A stretch of DNA of 64,000 bases, taken from the human T2T-CHM13v2.0 reference genome, Homo sapiens. The translations under genes and the position numbers were made by a program. The notes below the pieces were generated by a model. The model made no database searches. It worked only from the letters and a program-made list of their open reading frames with translations, and was not told the DNA's origin. Shown one piece after another: positions 1 to 14,184 of this stretch; position 1 is the first letter of the stretch, and each line of letters opens with the position of its first letter. Location: assembly GCF_009914755.1 (NCBI RefSeq), contig NC_060936.1, one strand, 5' to 3'.

Positions 1-222
1 TAATGTTAATATAGATTTTATTTGTGCCAATATATCCTACTGTCATTTCAACATATAATCAACATTTTAAAACTTAGTAAGATATTTTACATTCTTTCTT
101 TGAACCTATGTCTTGGAAAGCCAGTGCGTATTTTATATTTACAGCACATTTTGGCTCAGATTAGTCACATTTCAAACTTTTAATAATGATATGTGAGTAG
201 TAGCTACCATATTAGAAAGGAG
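1..222. mobile_element. hAT-Charlie MITE fragment (MER3/MER33-like)
   Basis: Motifs 'cagcacattttggctcagattagtcacatttcaa' and 'gtagctaccatattag' are typical of the MER3/MER33 right end. Confidence 0.65.
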
Positions 223-3200
223 CACAAATAGAGAGGGACTCTGAGAGCGTTTCTTTATACTTTCCTAAATCACATACCTGTTTGTCAAGAGCTAAGAAGG
301 TCTCAATATGTATTTTTCCATTCACACAACCTACATATATAACCTCAACAAATCAATAAGCTAACACATTCTAATAGCTTGATTTTCCTAATGTTTAAAA
401 AGACAAAGTATATCTCAGCTAAAGATAATACAATAGGTCAAATTATTACTTAGTCAAAAATTTATGTTTTGCCTACTCTAATGCTAAGGAACAGTCTATA
501 ATAGCTCTTGCCAACTGGTCTACAAATGTAAAAGCATCTAATATATGATATTTACCAATACTCTTCTATTGAGCATTTCAGGATTTCTCCCTCACCTTTA
601 GGTAAATGAAATGGGTCAAACAATTAGATTTTGCCTATAATTTCCTATCCATAGCATGATTTTCCTTTACTGAAATAGTGATGAAACAGTACTGCTCTGA
701 TTTAATACTATAAATTCAGAACAAATGGGAAAGCATTAAATTTAGAAGTGCTTCTGGACCATTAACTTCCATGCTAATTTGACATGCACCATAGTATTCA
801 GGCAACAGATTCAGGAATATAACCTATTCCTAAAGCAAACAGTACTTTATCTCATAACCATCTGGGGTTCTCATCCTAAGGGCCACTTGCTTAGTGTTGT
901 CTGGTATTATTTAATATCCTGAGGCAGAGCACTAAGACCTACTTTATTAGTGAAACCTACTTTGCCAGGACAAGAAGACTGACATAGAAGAGATTATGGA
1001 GGGAACAAAATTTTGGCTGAGGCCCTTGTTTGCATTATTTAGCTGAAGAAAATCATTGGTTATACATGCATTCAAAACCCTATGGTTTTTCTAAGGTACC
1101 AATAAAAGTAATACCATTCTTAACGTGGACAGTGGTCTCTTTCATATAATGCCTATAGTCACAAACTTAAGTGCCAAGCAGATGGTTGAAATCTGTTTTG
1201 TATAAAATGTGCGCTTTTTTTTTTCCCCAACTGTGTTCTTTGTATTCATATTCAGCCTAGGTTTTAGCCATCAAAACACTGGCACTATGTCAATCATTAG
1301 CAGCATTTTAGACAACTGGCAACTAAGGTATTCACTGTTCTCCACAAAATGTTCAGCTAATATTTCCCAGATGTATAATTAAGGCAAAAGATCATCTTCT
1401 TAAATTGGTATCAGCACTTTGGATGGCTTCTGGCTTTCAACAGATTATATCAGTGAAAACAATTTTTTATCAAAAATAAGGGTTCTGTTTCTTAGGTGAT
1501 TTGGTTTGCTTGTTATAGAGCTCCACATAAAAAGAAATCTATGTATTTCTTCAAGCTTAACCTACAGTCCAAAGAATATGTAGCTAATGCAAAACCTCTT
1601 ATGTTGCTTTTACTATGAAAATCTATAATGTGCTAGATTAGTACACATAATTGTGTCAAGTTATTTAATGTTTTCTAGTTTTCAAAATGTTTGTACAAAG
1701 AATACTTTAAAAAGCAATAGTATGTGTGTGACTTCTTAGATTAACAGAAAAATCACTGTTTTCAGTTGTTCAATCATTTATTCTACGAAATGATTCATTT
1801 TCGTGATTATGCAAAAATAAGTGAACTTTAATTTGTGCATCTTAAAGCATAGGAATATGTTAAATCAGCAAATTCATTACTCAAATACTTAATATACTGA
1901 TACTTGCAAAAATAACTATTAGTGCATCAGATGTCCTATATATAAAATGACAAGAGATGTGTTTTTGGAATATTTAATTATGAGCACTAAGCAGTTAGAG
2001 GAAACTACAGTTGCATTGCTGCTATTTAAGTACACGTTACCTGGGATCAATAATCATAAGTACATTTAAAACAATTATATTAACTACAAAACTAAAATAT
2101 AAGTAAACCAATTTCTTACATGTATTATTTTATATGCTGAAATAATTTGCAGATATCTGACTAGTATGTTATTAAACAAAAAATCATTTTTATTAAAGTG
2201 CTGATCATTTTACATTTGCCAAAAATTAAACCTAGTTTTAAAAATCTGAATGCAGTAGCTTGCATTCAGACATATCCAAATATTTTTATGATTTTTTATA
2301 AGCTTAAGCTGGCTCATTTGCATTGGGGGATAAATAATTTTATATTTATTTTTAAGTCCATTCATAGACGCATGGCTGAAACCCAAACGATGCAAGTGAC
2401 TTATACATCACAAAGTTCTAATTCTTGATTTAGAAACTGTAGGAACATATGCCAACTTTGTATATAGCTAAATGCTGGATTATAAAATATATTAGCAGTA
2501 AGTTGCCCAACTGGATGATTTCCAGATTTTCTTTCTGCTTTAACAGTAGGATATTTGCACATTTCTCTTTGGTCCTAGTTCTAAATGTAGTGCTGGTTCA
2601 GTGAGGTTATTTTCTTTCTTTCTTTTTTCAACATTTATATCTATAGAAGGAGAACAAGAGAATAATACCCATTCTTTGTGCCTAAATTAAAAGCGGCAGG
2701 AATCAAATAAAAAAATCTACATCATAATTATTCTGTAAAAAAAATTAATTTTAACATAGCAAATTCCTGTTATCTCAAATACATGAATCTATATTTTAAA
2801 TATAAACTAATTTGTACAAAGATTTCATGATACCACAGACAAATTTTCTAAGTAGAGATAATGCGGAAGGACCTTAGATATGTATATTCCTGATGGTATA
2901 ACTACACTGTTTTTCCAACACTGCATTAAAAAAACAGCATGCGACCTGCCAAATATATTAACAATATATGAAGCTTGTTCTCTCGATACAGCTTTTTAAA
3001 TGCATACTTCATTGCTTTTTGCTCTACTCCCTTGCTTTGCAGAGTTTAACATTTCTTTTCTTGAAATTGCCAACTAGCAACTATAGTATAATGCATATCA
3101 AATTGGCTGGCCTGGTAATGCTAATAGTTATTTATTTTGAGAAACACTCAAAATTTTTCTTTGGACTACATGTTTGTAATCTTAGTTGATCTTGCTACTT

Positions 3201-3985
3201 TCCAGCCCAATGTTTTAATTATTCATATAAAGACATATACTGTCCATAGCCCCTGTGCTGTACTCATGCTCTCCTGCGGATTCTTCATATTTTTTCTTTT
3301 CTTTTATCCTTATAAACAGACTTTTAGATCCCTGACCTAAAGTGCCACTCGTATGCTTTTCATATTTCCCCATAGTGTCTTGTTCATTTAACCATATATA
3401 ATTTATCTTTTACAATATTTATAATTGTTCAGAATAGTGATCTGATGCCTGAGAGTTTCAGGATCATAGAATGTGAATCTTATCTTTTGAAACACTTCAA
3501 ATAGCTCAGAGCAAAGTTGGGCACCTAATCCTAAATAAGAATTATACATGGTATTTAGATTAAAAACTCCTAAGAGACACCATGGCTGCTTGTTCCTGTG
3601 TAATGATACCTAATTGACAGGTAAACTGAAGTGCTTCTATATGTAAAGGCTGGCTATAGAGATAATCTCCAAATAGCTACATAAATGCAAGAATTCTGAC
3701 CACTAGAGTTAGGAGCTAGGGACACTGCAAATGTAGTTCAAAGTAATGAAATTTTAGAGTTAACTGATTTTAGAAATTATCCATCCTATCTTCTAATTTT
3801 ACAGATGCATACTCTTAAGAGTCAAAGAGGTCTCAGTTTTTAAAGAAGAACTAGAACTTGAGATCTTAACATCTAGCTAATAGCGCTTTGTACTATGTTA
3901 CATTTCCAAAAGAATCAATGAAGATACTGGCAAATATAAATCTTAACCTAGAAGAGGAAATTATTTTATTTACAGAGGAGATAAG

Positions 3986-3989
<4 letters not shown>

Positions 3990-4030
<41 letters not shown>
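3990..4030. repeat. (CA)n microsatellite
   Basis: Direct. Confidence 0.97.
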
Positions 4031-4034
<4 letters not shown>

Positions 4035-7000
4035 CATTCATTTGATAGGTATGCTTTAGACCCTGAACACTCAACTTTCATATTATCTCAACCTAAAACC
4101 TCAAATATCCCCAAATGTTACTCAAGCATACCTTGATTCACCCAACGTCTTCGGTTCAAATTTTCCATTAAATATGCACCACAATACCACCTTCAATTTT
4201 TTCAAGATGGAATACTATTATATGTTCCTGTAGCACATGCCACAGGATTCTGAGCTGCAAACAAGAAAACGGGAATGAACCTTGTTTGTATTTCTATGAA
4301 ATGTTTCTTCCTTTCAAGATTTTTTGAAAAAACTGCAGCTTCATTAGAATTTGGCAGGATTCATTCAAGAGATCAACTGCCCTATAAATGAAAAAGTTTC
4401 TCCTGGCTTTCTAACTTTTGCATGTGCACACACGTATAACTATTATATTCCCTAAAATAATCCTGCACATACCTGTTAGTGACTTCCAATTATCTTTTAA
4501 TTTACTTATAAAAGTCCAAATATGTTGCCCCATCACTTTGATTCTTTAAATTGCTATCAGGATCTTTTGGATATGCTTTTATTTCTCTAGAAGAATGCTT
4601 TTAAAGCACTAAGTGTTCTTAAACTGTTTATAGGTCAAATTAGATCCATATTATTTTTCAAGTAATGCTAACATTTTTAGAAATAATTGTACTATAAATA
4701 TTTATATATCATAATCCTTAGGGTCCTAAAAATAATACCTTTTCCTCTATTTCCCAAATTGTAGTTATATTTAGGACTGGAGGAAAACAGAAGTTCTACT
4801 CTCAGGAATAGCATTCATAGTTATCTTTCTTTTACCATTCCTAGGTGTTCTGCCTGACTATTGGTACTTTGTATATTACATAAAATATAATAATAGATAA
4901 TGCTGTATCATAGATGACAAAGAATCTGAATCTGATATTTTATATTCAGTTATCACTCAAGATCAAAGTTGAATTAGTGAATGCATACTAAACTGAATAG
5001 TTTGAGCACCAGTTCATTCCGTTCTACACTAAATAATATGAATACTATACCTTATCCTAACGAATCTCCAACATAGACCTCTTAGAGTACAGATAAGAAA
5101 AAAGGAAGGAAATATTAACCTGAATTATATGTGACATCCCCCTGCAACCTCTTTTCAAACATATTATGAAACTCACTAGCTAATAAAAAAAAAAAATGAC
5201 AAAGGGACCTCAGGAGAGCAGTGAAAAAAAAGTCTTTGGACTTTGAAAACCATTGCCCAACAAACACTGGCCCAGGGCAAATAACCAAAGGAAGAATTGT
5301 AGGCAAACAAATAATACTTTAACTTTGCAATTAGAATAAAAGTGTTTTAGAACTTTGTCAAGCAACCTAATTAACTGTGACTGAAAAATTAATAGTATAA
5401 TAAAGTATTACTTTTTTATCTTGTGTTCTCCTAGGTGAAGGAATATTTCTCATTTTCAGTGTCGTATTTCTTTTTCATTAGGATGATCTTTTATTAGATA
5501 AATATAAAATAGCTTAAAATGGTACGTGAAAGATCTTATGTAAAAGTTTCACAACCAGTGTTCAAACAACCTATCTCCCTGGTATTTCAATTGTACTTAA
5601 TATAAAAACAAAAACAAAAACAAAAAGGCAAACTCAGTACTAATGTAAACACTGACAACATTCTGAAATAAATTTTGATTAAAAATATGACAAGAAAACA
5701 TGATTTGGGTCTACCTCTTGTTTTACTCCTACACTAAGAAATTAACAACAGGCAACACAGGTTAACTCTTTCCCTTCTTTTCTTGAAAATGTTCCTGAAG
5801 CCCTGAATGAGAGGACACATCCTTTATAAAATTGCTGCTCAGTGTCCCAATTGATCTAACTCCCTTAAACTGCCAATATCAAAATCATATAAGGCTCTGA
5901 GGCTTTTTTTTTTTTTGGCTCTATGCAGTGAATTTCATTTCTTCTCTATTACACTTACTCTCAATGCATCTGATCCTTAGGTTGGTCAATGTGACAGAAT
6001 TGATTGGGAAAGGTAGGGGAACCAAGAGTGCATAGGACATAATGAAACCCCATGCATCTCCACAATGAGAAATATTAAAGTGGAGCTACACATACATTTT
6101 TAAGAAAGATCATATCTTCTGTTTTTTAACATTTTCTTTTCTAAAACACACTTTCTTTCAAAGATGTGAAGAGCAGAAATAGAAACGCTGTTACATATGA
6201 AAGTTTCAACGGATTTGCTGCCAGCAGCTTTTCTTTATAGTGTTCCTCTTACCTACACTATGTGTTGGCACTGGCAGGTAGCCCTAATTCGTTAGTAGCC
6301 AAATTATTTTTGTCCCTGAAGTACGAGAAATCTCCATAGCACATGAATGAGACATGGTTTACTAGTTTACACACATTTTATAACTCCAAGAAACCAAAAC
6401 TCATTCACAAATGCTTTCATTTCAGCAAAGAGAAGGGCCACAGAATATCAGAGATACCCACTTTGAATTCCTGGTCCCCATTGTCCATGAGTAAGTGAAG
6501 AGAAAAAAAAAAAATCTCTTTAACTTCAATAAAGAACTTTGATCCTTAATGCAAGAAAAATAAACAGCTTTCTGTTCACCACACTCCACATTTCATTTAA
6601 GTCAAAACATTTCAGTACAAGGCATTAAGAAAAAACGTCATTTAGTAATAAACCTAAATGTCTCCAGATAAAAATTCATCACGACGGCATAGTAGGTTTA
6701 GATAATGTGGTTCATAATAACCAGCATCCTCATATTGCATGATCATCAGATACATTTATACGCTGCTGTACCACCTTCACTAAGTTACAGAGAAAAATAA
6801 TAAGAAATAAGCAACACTTAGAAAGAAACACATACTACAAAAATGCTGATTTAGCCACAGCAAAACAAATCTCTGAATTTTAAGGCAAGACAAAAGTAAA
6901 TGTATTAACACTAGAGAGCCAAGTGACTAAAATGTTACTTAGATAAAAGAGAGGTTTCAAATACAATGAGCCGAGTTCAGGTTTGAATTGATTTAAGGTT

Positions 7001-7413
7001 TGACACTGATTTCAAATGTCTATGAACATCTACAAGCTTTTGTTTTAAATTTTCCTTCTGTCATGTTTTATGGGCAAAAACTCCTTAAACTACCTTGTAA
7101 TAGATTAATTACTTTCAAGCTGGGTGACAAAAGGGCATAATGACCGGAAAATGATACAAAAGAAACAAAAAACGCATGTTAACAAGTTTATCAACAAACC
7201 TGGGTAATTCTCATGAAGTACAGATTAAGGTTCAGTGGTTCCAAACTGGCAGCATTCAAATTGGGTTCATATTTGGGTTTTTTGTTTTGTTTGTTTTTTT
7301 AAACCACCTGTCCTAAAACGACATTGTTTATGCTAATTATCTTTGTTTATGCCACAATTCTGTTTGTTTACTACATTCTTTTAAAATACCATATCCCTAT
7401 AAACAGTTCTCAC

Positions 7414-7630
7414 CAGAATTCTTCTAAATCTTGTTTCGGTCTGGTCCTTCTCGGCAGCCCACTGAGCAGAATGCAGCTCTACAATGAAGGCGCAAGAGCT
7501 GGGAACAACTTTGAGTCTCTGACTCCTCAGGCTGGCAAAGGGAGGGAGTACTGCTGAGGTTTTACTCCCAGGATCCAAGGGAAAAGGATACTGAATGTGG
7601 AGAAATGCAACACCCCCCTATTGGACAAGC
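7414..7630 (-). promoter_or_regulatory. Candidate intronic promoter plus non-coding alternative first exon of SOX5
   Basis: Locally GC-richer, CpG-retaining island in AT-rich intron. Minus-strand donor CTG|GTGAGA at 7413-7408; CCAAT box plus G-run (GTCCAATAGGGGGGGTG) at ~7611-7627. Confidence 0.45.
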
Positions 7631-10600
7631 AAAACCATACGCCACAATATCTCCAGAGAAGATGTGTGAACTCTCAATTAGTAAGTAAAGAAAAGAATAG
7701 ACAACACTAAAAGAAAGAAAGAACAGCTTCCAAACTGCAGGAGAAAACACAGAGGTCAGAAAGAATAAAAAGGTCTTCTCCTAAACCACTATCAGTTCCT
7801 GATCATAATGAAGGAATATGTGGCATTCTCCTAAAGCATGTCAAATTTAAATATTTTCTCACTCTAGCAATATCACTTGATCCTGTTTATCTACATAGCA
7901 ATCAAATTTCACATTTAATACAAATGATGATGCTATCAATCAATGAAAGAGAAGGAAGGAGATAATGAATGAAGGAAGGAAGACTTTGTTATGTTTTTGT
8001 CCATTTCTTGTTCAAGAAAATTTTTCATTAGGAAGGAGATATTTCATGGTTGGGTTAAACCTTTGAAAATCTTTTTATCTTACTGCCATCATCTGAGTCA
8101 GAGACCTGGCACATTGGAACTATACGTGAGTTAGTACAAGAGAAAAACTTAGGTTAGTTTCTTTCCCAGGCTGTTGGATAACCCCATTGAAATTATAAAG
8201 GAATAACAAATTATGAAAGAAAACAAAACTCATCAGTTATACTTATTTAACTAATCTATAAAAAGGGAGGTATTCAGCCTACATAATGCACATCTGCATT
8301 ACACAATATACTCATTAGGTTGCTGAACAATTGATAGTGGAGAGAAAACAGACAATAAAAATCAGCCTTTACCCATGAATGTAATTTTGCTTTCTAAATG
8401 CATTAGGAGTATAATCCATATGAAATAGTTTCCAACTCTGTGGAGGACTAATGTGCTAAAGAATCAGAACAGGTCTTATTATATGTCTCTCATGTATGAT
8501 GCGTATACAAGATTTTTGTCAAAAACTCCCTAAGAACAGGTAAATACTTTAACATGTGCTTATTATATTTGAGAAACATAAGATAAGGACACACCAATAT
8601 GTGAAGTAATCATAATATTTGCACATTTCTGTGTCTATCAAACCTGCTAAAAACTGAGCAGTACACAATGTCACCTGACATTTAACCCTTAATTGTTCCT
8701 GGTAATCAGTCAGGTCTCCTGCCAAGTCTTCAGGACAGTATTCCAGCATGAGAGTGATAGAAATGTGGTTTATGAACTGCCTCATGCAAGCTGCATTCCA
8801 AACCAATGTCTTAGCTCAGTTAGCTTGCAAATTATTGACACGGTAATTAAAATCTATATTCAGTTGTAGACATTGTCTCCTCTACAATGTAGTAGTAAAT
8901 AAAATATAAATAAAATTATCAAAGCCTATGAGAACATCCTGAAAACGTAAAATCAAACTTACAGGTTTACAGTTGCCATTAGGTGACAGAATGTGAACAG
9001 ATAACTTTTCTGTGATTCACACCTAGAGTGTGCCTGCTAACCTGAATGTACTTATCACTCATGAGCACAACGGATTTTTTTGTTGTTGTTGTTAAGGTTT
9101 TTAATTAAGCAAAATATATCTGTGTCATAAATATTTCATGACTATGGTCAAACTTTAGGTAACTAAAATACCACTAATGTCAGAGAGTAGTTTTCTGCAA
9201 ATGTCTAGCAGTAGCTTTTCATGGGAATTTTACGAATTAGTTTGTAACAGCACCTGATATATATTTCTTTCTTCAGAAAAACACTGAAAAGTGTCCTAAT
9301 AAGAAAAAAATTATTTAGTCAGCATGACCAGAAATAAATTTGATGGAAATGTGAAGTAAATAAGTTAATTTTTATTGCAGAAGGTTTTACTATTGTAGTG
9401 TTCCTTTCAACATGTAGAAAATCTGCTGTCTGTTGTCTGCACCAATTTGGGAGAAGCAATCAAATAGGTGATACTAACAACCTAATTTGCATAATCCCAC
9501 TACTTTCAATCCCAACTTTTTTTCTCCTTTCTAGACATTATCAGAACTGTCTTCTTAAGCAATCGTCTTACACTTGCTATTTAAGTTTCTAACATAAAGC
9601 AATTAGAAACTGTAACGGGAAGCTTAGACACAAAACTATTATGTTACAACCAAAGAGGACAGATAAAATTAAAAGGAAAGAAATAGAATATTGAGAAACT
9701 ATCAAAAATGGACATTTTTACTTATCATGAACAAACTAATATTGACATTTAAGGCAAATATTTTCTTTTCATCCTTGAAATATCAAAAAGTAGGTGACAT
9801 TCTCAAAGGAAAACCTTAAGTCACAATTTTTCATTATCTACTTTCAGTTAAATATATAAATTTATTGACTTCTTTTAAAAATGTGGGGAGACTTCGGGCG
9901 TTCATTCTAATGATGCTATTACTCACATTTAGACCATGTTGCCAGCTATGTTTCCTTTAAACGGTAAAATGTAGAAGACTTTCCTTACAAATAATTTTTT
10001 AGAATATATACACCCATTTGCTTCCCACCTTGGAGTTGTGTTTTTCAGTAATCATAATCAGTTTATCACAAGAATGCTTGAAAATAAAAATATTTCAAGT
10101 TCTTTACCTTTTAGAATCACTGTTCTATTTGCACTACCTCCTGCATATTTTTAACAGACAATGAAATTGTTACTACTTCTTAACTATTTAACAACTGCTT
10201 ATTAGTCTGAGAGTACTGACCATGTTCATTTCTAGGGATGATAATATAGACATATACAAATCTAAATCCAAATTTTGATCCTGATATTTAAGTTCTGAAT
10301 ATTCCTTAAAGTTCAAATAGTCTACAGGCTGGGAAGAATAAAAGATGGACAAGACTCTACCAATGAAATTAGTAAAAATGATCACATAAAACTTTTACAG
10401 TACATGAACCCTAAGCAATTTATTATGTCCTCTAGATCAAAGTTCTCTATTTCACAAAGAAATTTAGAAGTCTTCTTTTAGATTTCTAAGTTTAAGTGGG
10501 AAATTCATCTATAGCAAGTGACCCAATAGAATAAAAATTAACAGTCAATAGAAATGACCTATTTATTCAATGAAAGTTGCAAATAGTTGAAAAGGCAAAA

Positions 10601-12806
10601 AATCTAATTATATGTGATAGTTTAGTTACATCATAAATACCTCCTCTGAAGAATATAAATATTCAATATTGTGTCTACATGATACACTGTATCATGCATG
10701 GGTGCCTATAGAGACACTCACCCGTACAAATTCAATGTAAACAAATAGTAATGATTTGCTGAGATCTTTGTATGTATTACCAATTACAACCACAGGGGAA
10801 ATTATTAAGGAACGTTATATTGTGTGACATTTTTCAGAATTATTTTAGCTACTAATATTTCTAAATATGATAGTCATACTAACAACCCTATTGATTATCA
10901 CTTGCTTATTTAATTAGCTAGTTAGAAAAGCATGCCTCTGGGTGAAAAAAAAAAATGAAATTCCCACCAGGAGGAAAAAAGATGTTAACAGATTTGAGCA
11001 TCAGAATAGGAAAGGGAAAAGTTTAGTTTAAAAAGAGATAATTGAAAAAAAAATACAAATAAAGTTCACAGCAGGAAGCTTGCCTATATAGAGAAATAGG
11101 CTACAGCCTGTTAATATGTAACTACCTTTTTATAAGTACAATCTGTTAACAGGCTTACAAATCAGCCTCAGAGTTGTATTTGCAAAAAGTATAATTAGAA
11201 TTAAAGAATATTATCATTTAAGTGCTACTCTGTGCATTCTAGAAAACTTAACTGTGTTAAATTAGCAAATCGCTACATTAGGTAATGTACAGTATGTTCC
11301 ACTATGAATAACTTCAACATCTACCTATGATATAAGGCTATATTTGCAAATAAAAGCTCACTAATTAAAGAGTTAATATATAGAAGTGAAAATTTTAATT
11401 CAAAACTGTTAAGAAAGCTCAAACATTCGCTGGAATTATCTAGTAAAGATGCAATTTAATTATTAAAAAAAAAAACACAGAAGAAATCAAAGAAAGATGA
11501 CAGCACCGAAGTATATGTGTTGGCTATTTTACTTTCTTCCCTGATTTGATACTGGCTTTTCTAATATGTGACCACATTCAAGCGTTACTTTATCCTCAAT
11601 ACTCTTTTTCTCTTCCATTGCTTCACTTCTAGAATGTTTTAATCTTTGTCCTTTCTTTTTTCGTCTTTTCATATCAAATTCAGTCGTTTGAGCGATGAAC
11701 AGCTTGACTTAGCATATTTTTAACCAGCTGGTCTAGCACCTAGCTTGCATTGCATAGTCAGATACAACAAATGTTTATACAGAAGGTAGCTTTCATGAAA
11801 ATGAAAAAAAGCCTGGGTATCATGCATCCTGGCTTTTTTTAGCTTTTTTTTTTTTAATTCACCATACAGAATACAAAGTTTGAATTCTTTTTAATGGCAA
11901 ACAAAATTCTATTTATAGTTCAAAAAAATGAACTTATGCTGGGATAAGAACTCAAATTTAAAAATTGCAATGTGTACTTATAGGAACATTAAGAGGGCTA
12001 AAATTCTTTCAAAGCCCTGCTTTACTTGCAACAACATCAAATAAAAGGATGCTGCAGATATTTCTCTAAATAGGAACAACTTAATTACAAATACACTATT
12101 CCCATCATAGCAAAAGGGGAAAATACAGTAAATTAAAATTCAGTCAAGACAGCTAACACAAAAAGTGGCCACTAAAACTTAGAAAGGGAACAGCTCCATT
12201 TATCCCCTTTTCGCCCCTATTTTTGACACTTAGGGAGTAATCTAATATAGCGATGATGTTAAATTTTCTTTGGGGGGAAAAAACGCTCTCTTATATCAAC
12301 AAAAGGTCATGTGCTTTACTGAGCAGCTTCCAAAGTTTTACGGAAGGATCAAATAGGAACTTATAGCCTCCGTTTAAAGCACCACTAAAACCTTCTGTCA
12401 CCCTAGAAATTACATGAGACAGAGATGCTGAAAATGGTAACATTCTGCACAAAAGCGTTTTTAAAAGGTGGGGAGAAAACAATCAATGAAGGAAGAAAGT
12501 AAGAGAGTGAATGAGAAAGACAGAAGCAGCGAGTTGGGGAGAGAGAGAGAGATGCTTAAGGTTCATTTAATTTGCTGTTATAGGACGCAACCTAAAAACA
12601 TTAGCAGAAATCTCGGAGACTTTGCAAATCAGTTCAGTTTGGTCCGGGCAATCACAACAAAAAATCAGCTAACAAGATTGCAGAAGCCCTAGCTAAAGGC
12701 TTCTCTAACAAACACGTTTTGGGGGAGCATCTTCCAATGATTCAGAGACTACTGTAAAATGGGAGAGTTGTACTTCAATATATTAGGGGGAAAAAACTGT
12801 ACTCAC

Positions 12807-12844
12807 CTTTCAAACTCCTGAGGTAAATCAGGGTCAGTAAGCAT
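12807..12844 (-). CDS. SOX5: SOX5 (L-SOX5, SoxD HMG-box transcription factor), first coding exon, 38 nt: MLTDPDLPQEFE + AG (phase 2)
   Basis: Reverse complement reads ATG CTT ACT GAC CCT GAT TTA CCT CAG GAG TTT GAA AG|GTGAGT. This matches the recalled L-SOX5 N-terminus MLTDPDLPQEFERMSSKRP. Canonical donor at 12806-12801; A at -3 of the ATG. Confidence 0.97.
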
Positions 12845-12945
12845 GCTGGAAAAGCACAATTTCCCTTTGTCACAGCAGCCACCTATGATCGTCTCCAACT
12901 GAACCTGTCAAGTGAGTCCAAACCTTCTAAACCAATTGATTTTCT
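12845..12945 (-). other. SOX5: 5' UTR of the L-SOX5 first exon (TSS approximate)
   Basis: Unique sequence directly upstream of the ATG, bounded by the (GA)n tract. The exact TSS cannot be read from sequence. Confidence 0.75.
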
Positions 12946-13001
12946 CTCTGTCTCTTCCCCCCCTCCCTCCCTCCCTCTCTCTCTCTCTCTCTCTCCCTCT
13001 C

Positions 13002-13043
<42 letters not shown>

Positions 13044-13200
13044 CCCCCCTCCTTCCCCTCCTCTCTCTCCTAGGACTCCTTGACCAGTCTCTTAAAGGGG
13101 TAGTGCACTTCCAGCAGCGGAGTCTGGCTGCTCCCCCCTCCGCGGAGCCACACGCTCCGGCTGCAAGGCTCTAGACAACCTCAGGGTGCCTGTCCTTTCC
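12930..13200 (-). promoter_or_regulatory. Proximal promoter of L-SOX5 exon 1
   Basis: CCAAT-like aaccaattg at ~12930, a (GA)n/(CT)n tract at 12944-13069 and a GC/CpG-richer patch at 13110-13170, all immediately upstream of the exon. Confidence 0.7.
12944..13069. repeat. (CT)n/(CCCT)n polypyrimidine tract
   Basis: Direct. Confidence 0.97.
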
Positions 13201-13502
13201 TTTTAATTCTCTCTTCTAGACATCACTGAATGTGAGAAGTCAACTCATTTAACACGTCTCCCATACTCTGTCTTCTAAATCATAAAACTCACACACACAC
13301 ATACACACGCAGAACAGTATGATTTTGTAAAACGTATTTGCTGCTGATTAAAAACCTAGTCTATATAATAACAGAAGCTCGATTAAACTGCATTTATTAA
13401 CTAATTAAGCAAAAAATTTAATGTTAGTAATAGCATTTTTACACAAAGAATTGTTATTCCTTCTCACCCTTTTCTAGGCTCTCTCCGTTCACACACGGAA
13501 AT

Positions 13503-13540
13503 ACACGCACACACACACACACACTCACACACACACAACA
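13503..13540. repeat. (CA)n microsatellite
   Basis: Direct. Confidence 0.9.
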
Positions 13541-14111
13541 ATCAGGCATTGTTCTGAGGGAAGAAAAGCAACTTTGACAGATTGAAATATAGCAGAGGCC
13601 CCTTCAAGGAAACCTGTAAACAACTTGTCACTCACTCTGTCGGTCTCACTGTTAGCTCGTGCTTTCCGCAAAGTGGTGCGAACGTCCTGGCAACCCGACC
13701 AAAGTTTCCTCAGCTCTAAACTCCATAAAACACGATGTGCGATGTGGAGGGGAATAGGTATCCACATGCCAAAATAACATACACGAGTGAACAAAAACCC
13801 AAAACGAAATCAAAACATAAAAACAAAAAGACGGTACTAACAAACTGTCCTGTTTGGGATCGCTGGGGAGGTCAGGAGTAGGAAGCGCTCCCCTGGCTGT
13901 GGATCTCTTTAATTTCCTCTGCCCAGGCAGCCACAGATAACAAGGTGGACAAACTATGGCTTTACAGATTCTAAGCTGGCTGGCAAGGCACAGCCTCCAT
14001 AGCAGTTCCAATTATCTAGATAAAAATCTGGCAGCCGAGAAAGGTAATCAGGTAATGTACCTTTGACACGAAATGACAGAGGCACATACACACAGAGAGA
14101 GAGACACTTAC

Positions 14112-14119
14112 ACAGACAT
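14112..14119 (-). CDS. SOX5: SOX5 alternative first exon, coding part ATG TCT GT| (Met-Ser-Val, phase 2)
   Basis: Minus strand reads ATGTCTGT|GTAAGT, with a perfect donor at 14111-14106. It has the same phase as exon 1, so joining to the common exon (G ATG TCT...) gives MSVMSSKRP, an isoform start I recall for SOX5. Confidence 0.85.
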
Positions 14120-14184
14120 GCATGCAGAGATGGTGGCTGCCCCGTGCACCGCAGCATCTGGTCAGGGAGTAAGCACACACTTAC

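Noticed and set aside
11104-11155. Inverted repeat agcctgttaa...ttaacaggct, possible pre-miRNA
   Set aside because: Only 10-bp perfect arms with poor internal pairing.
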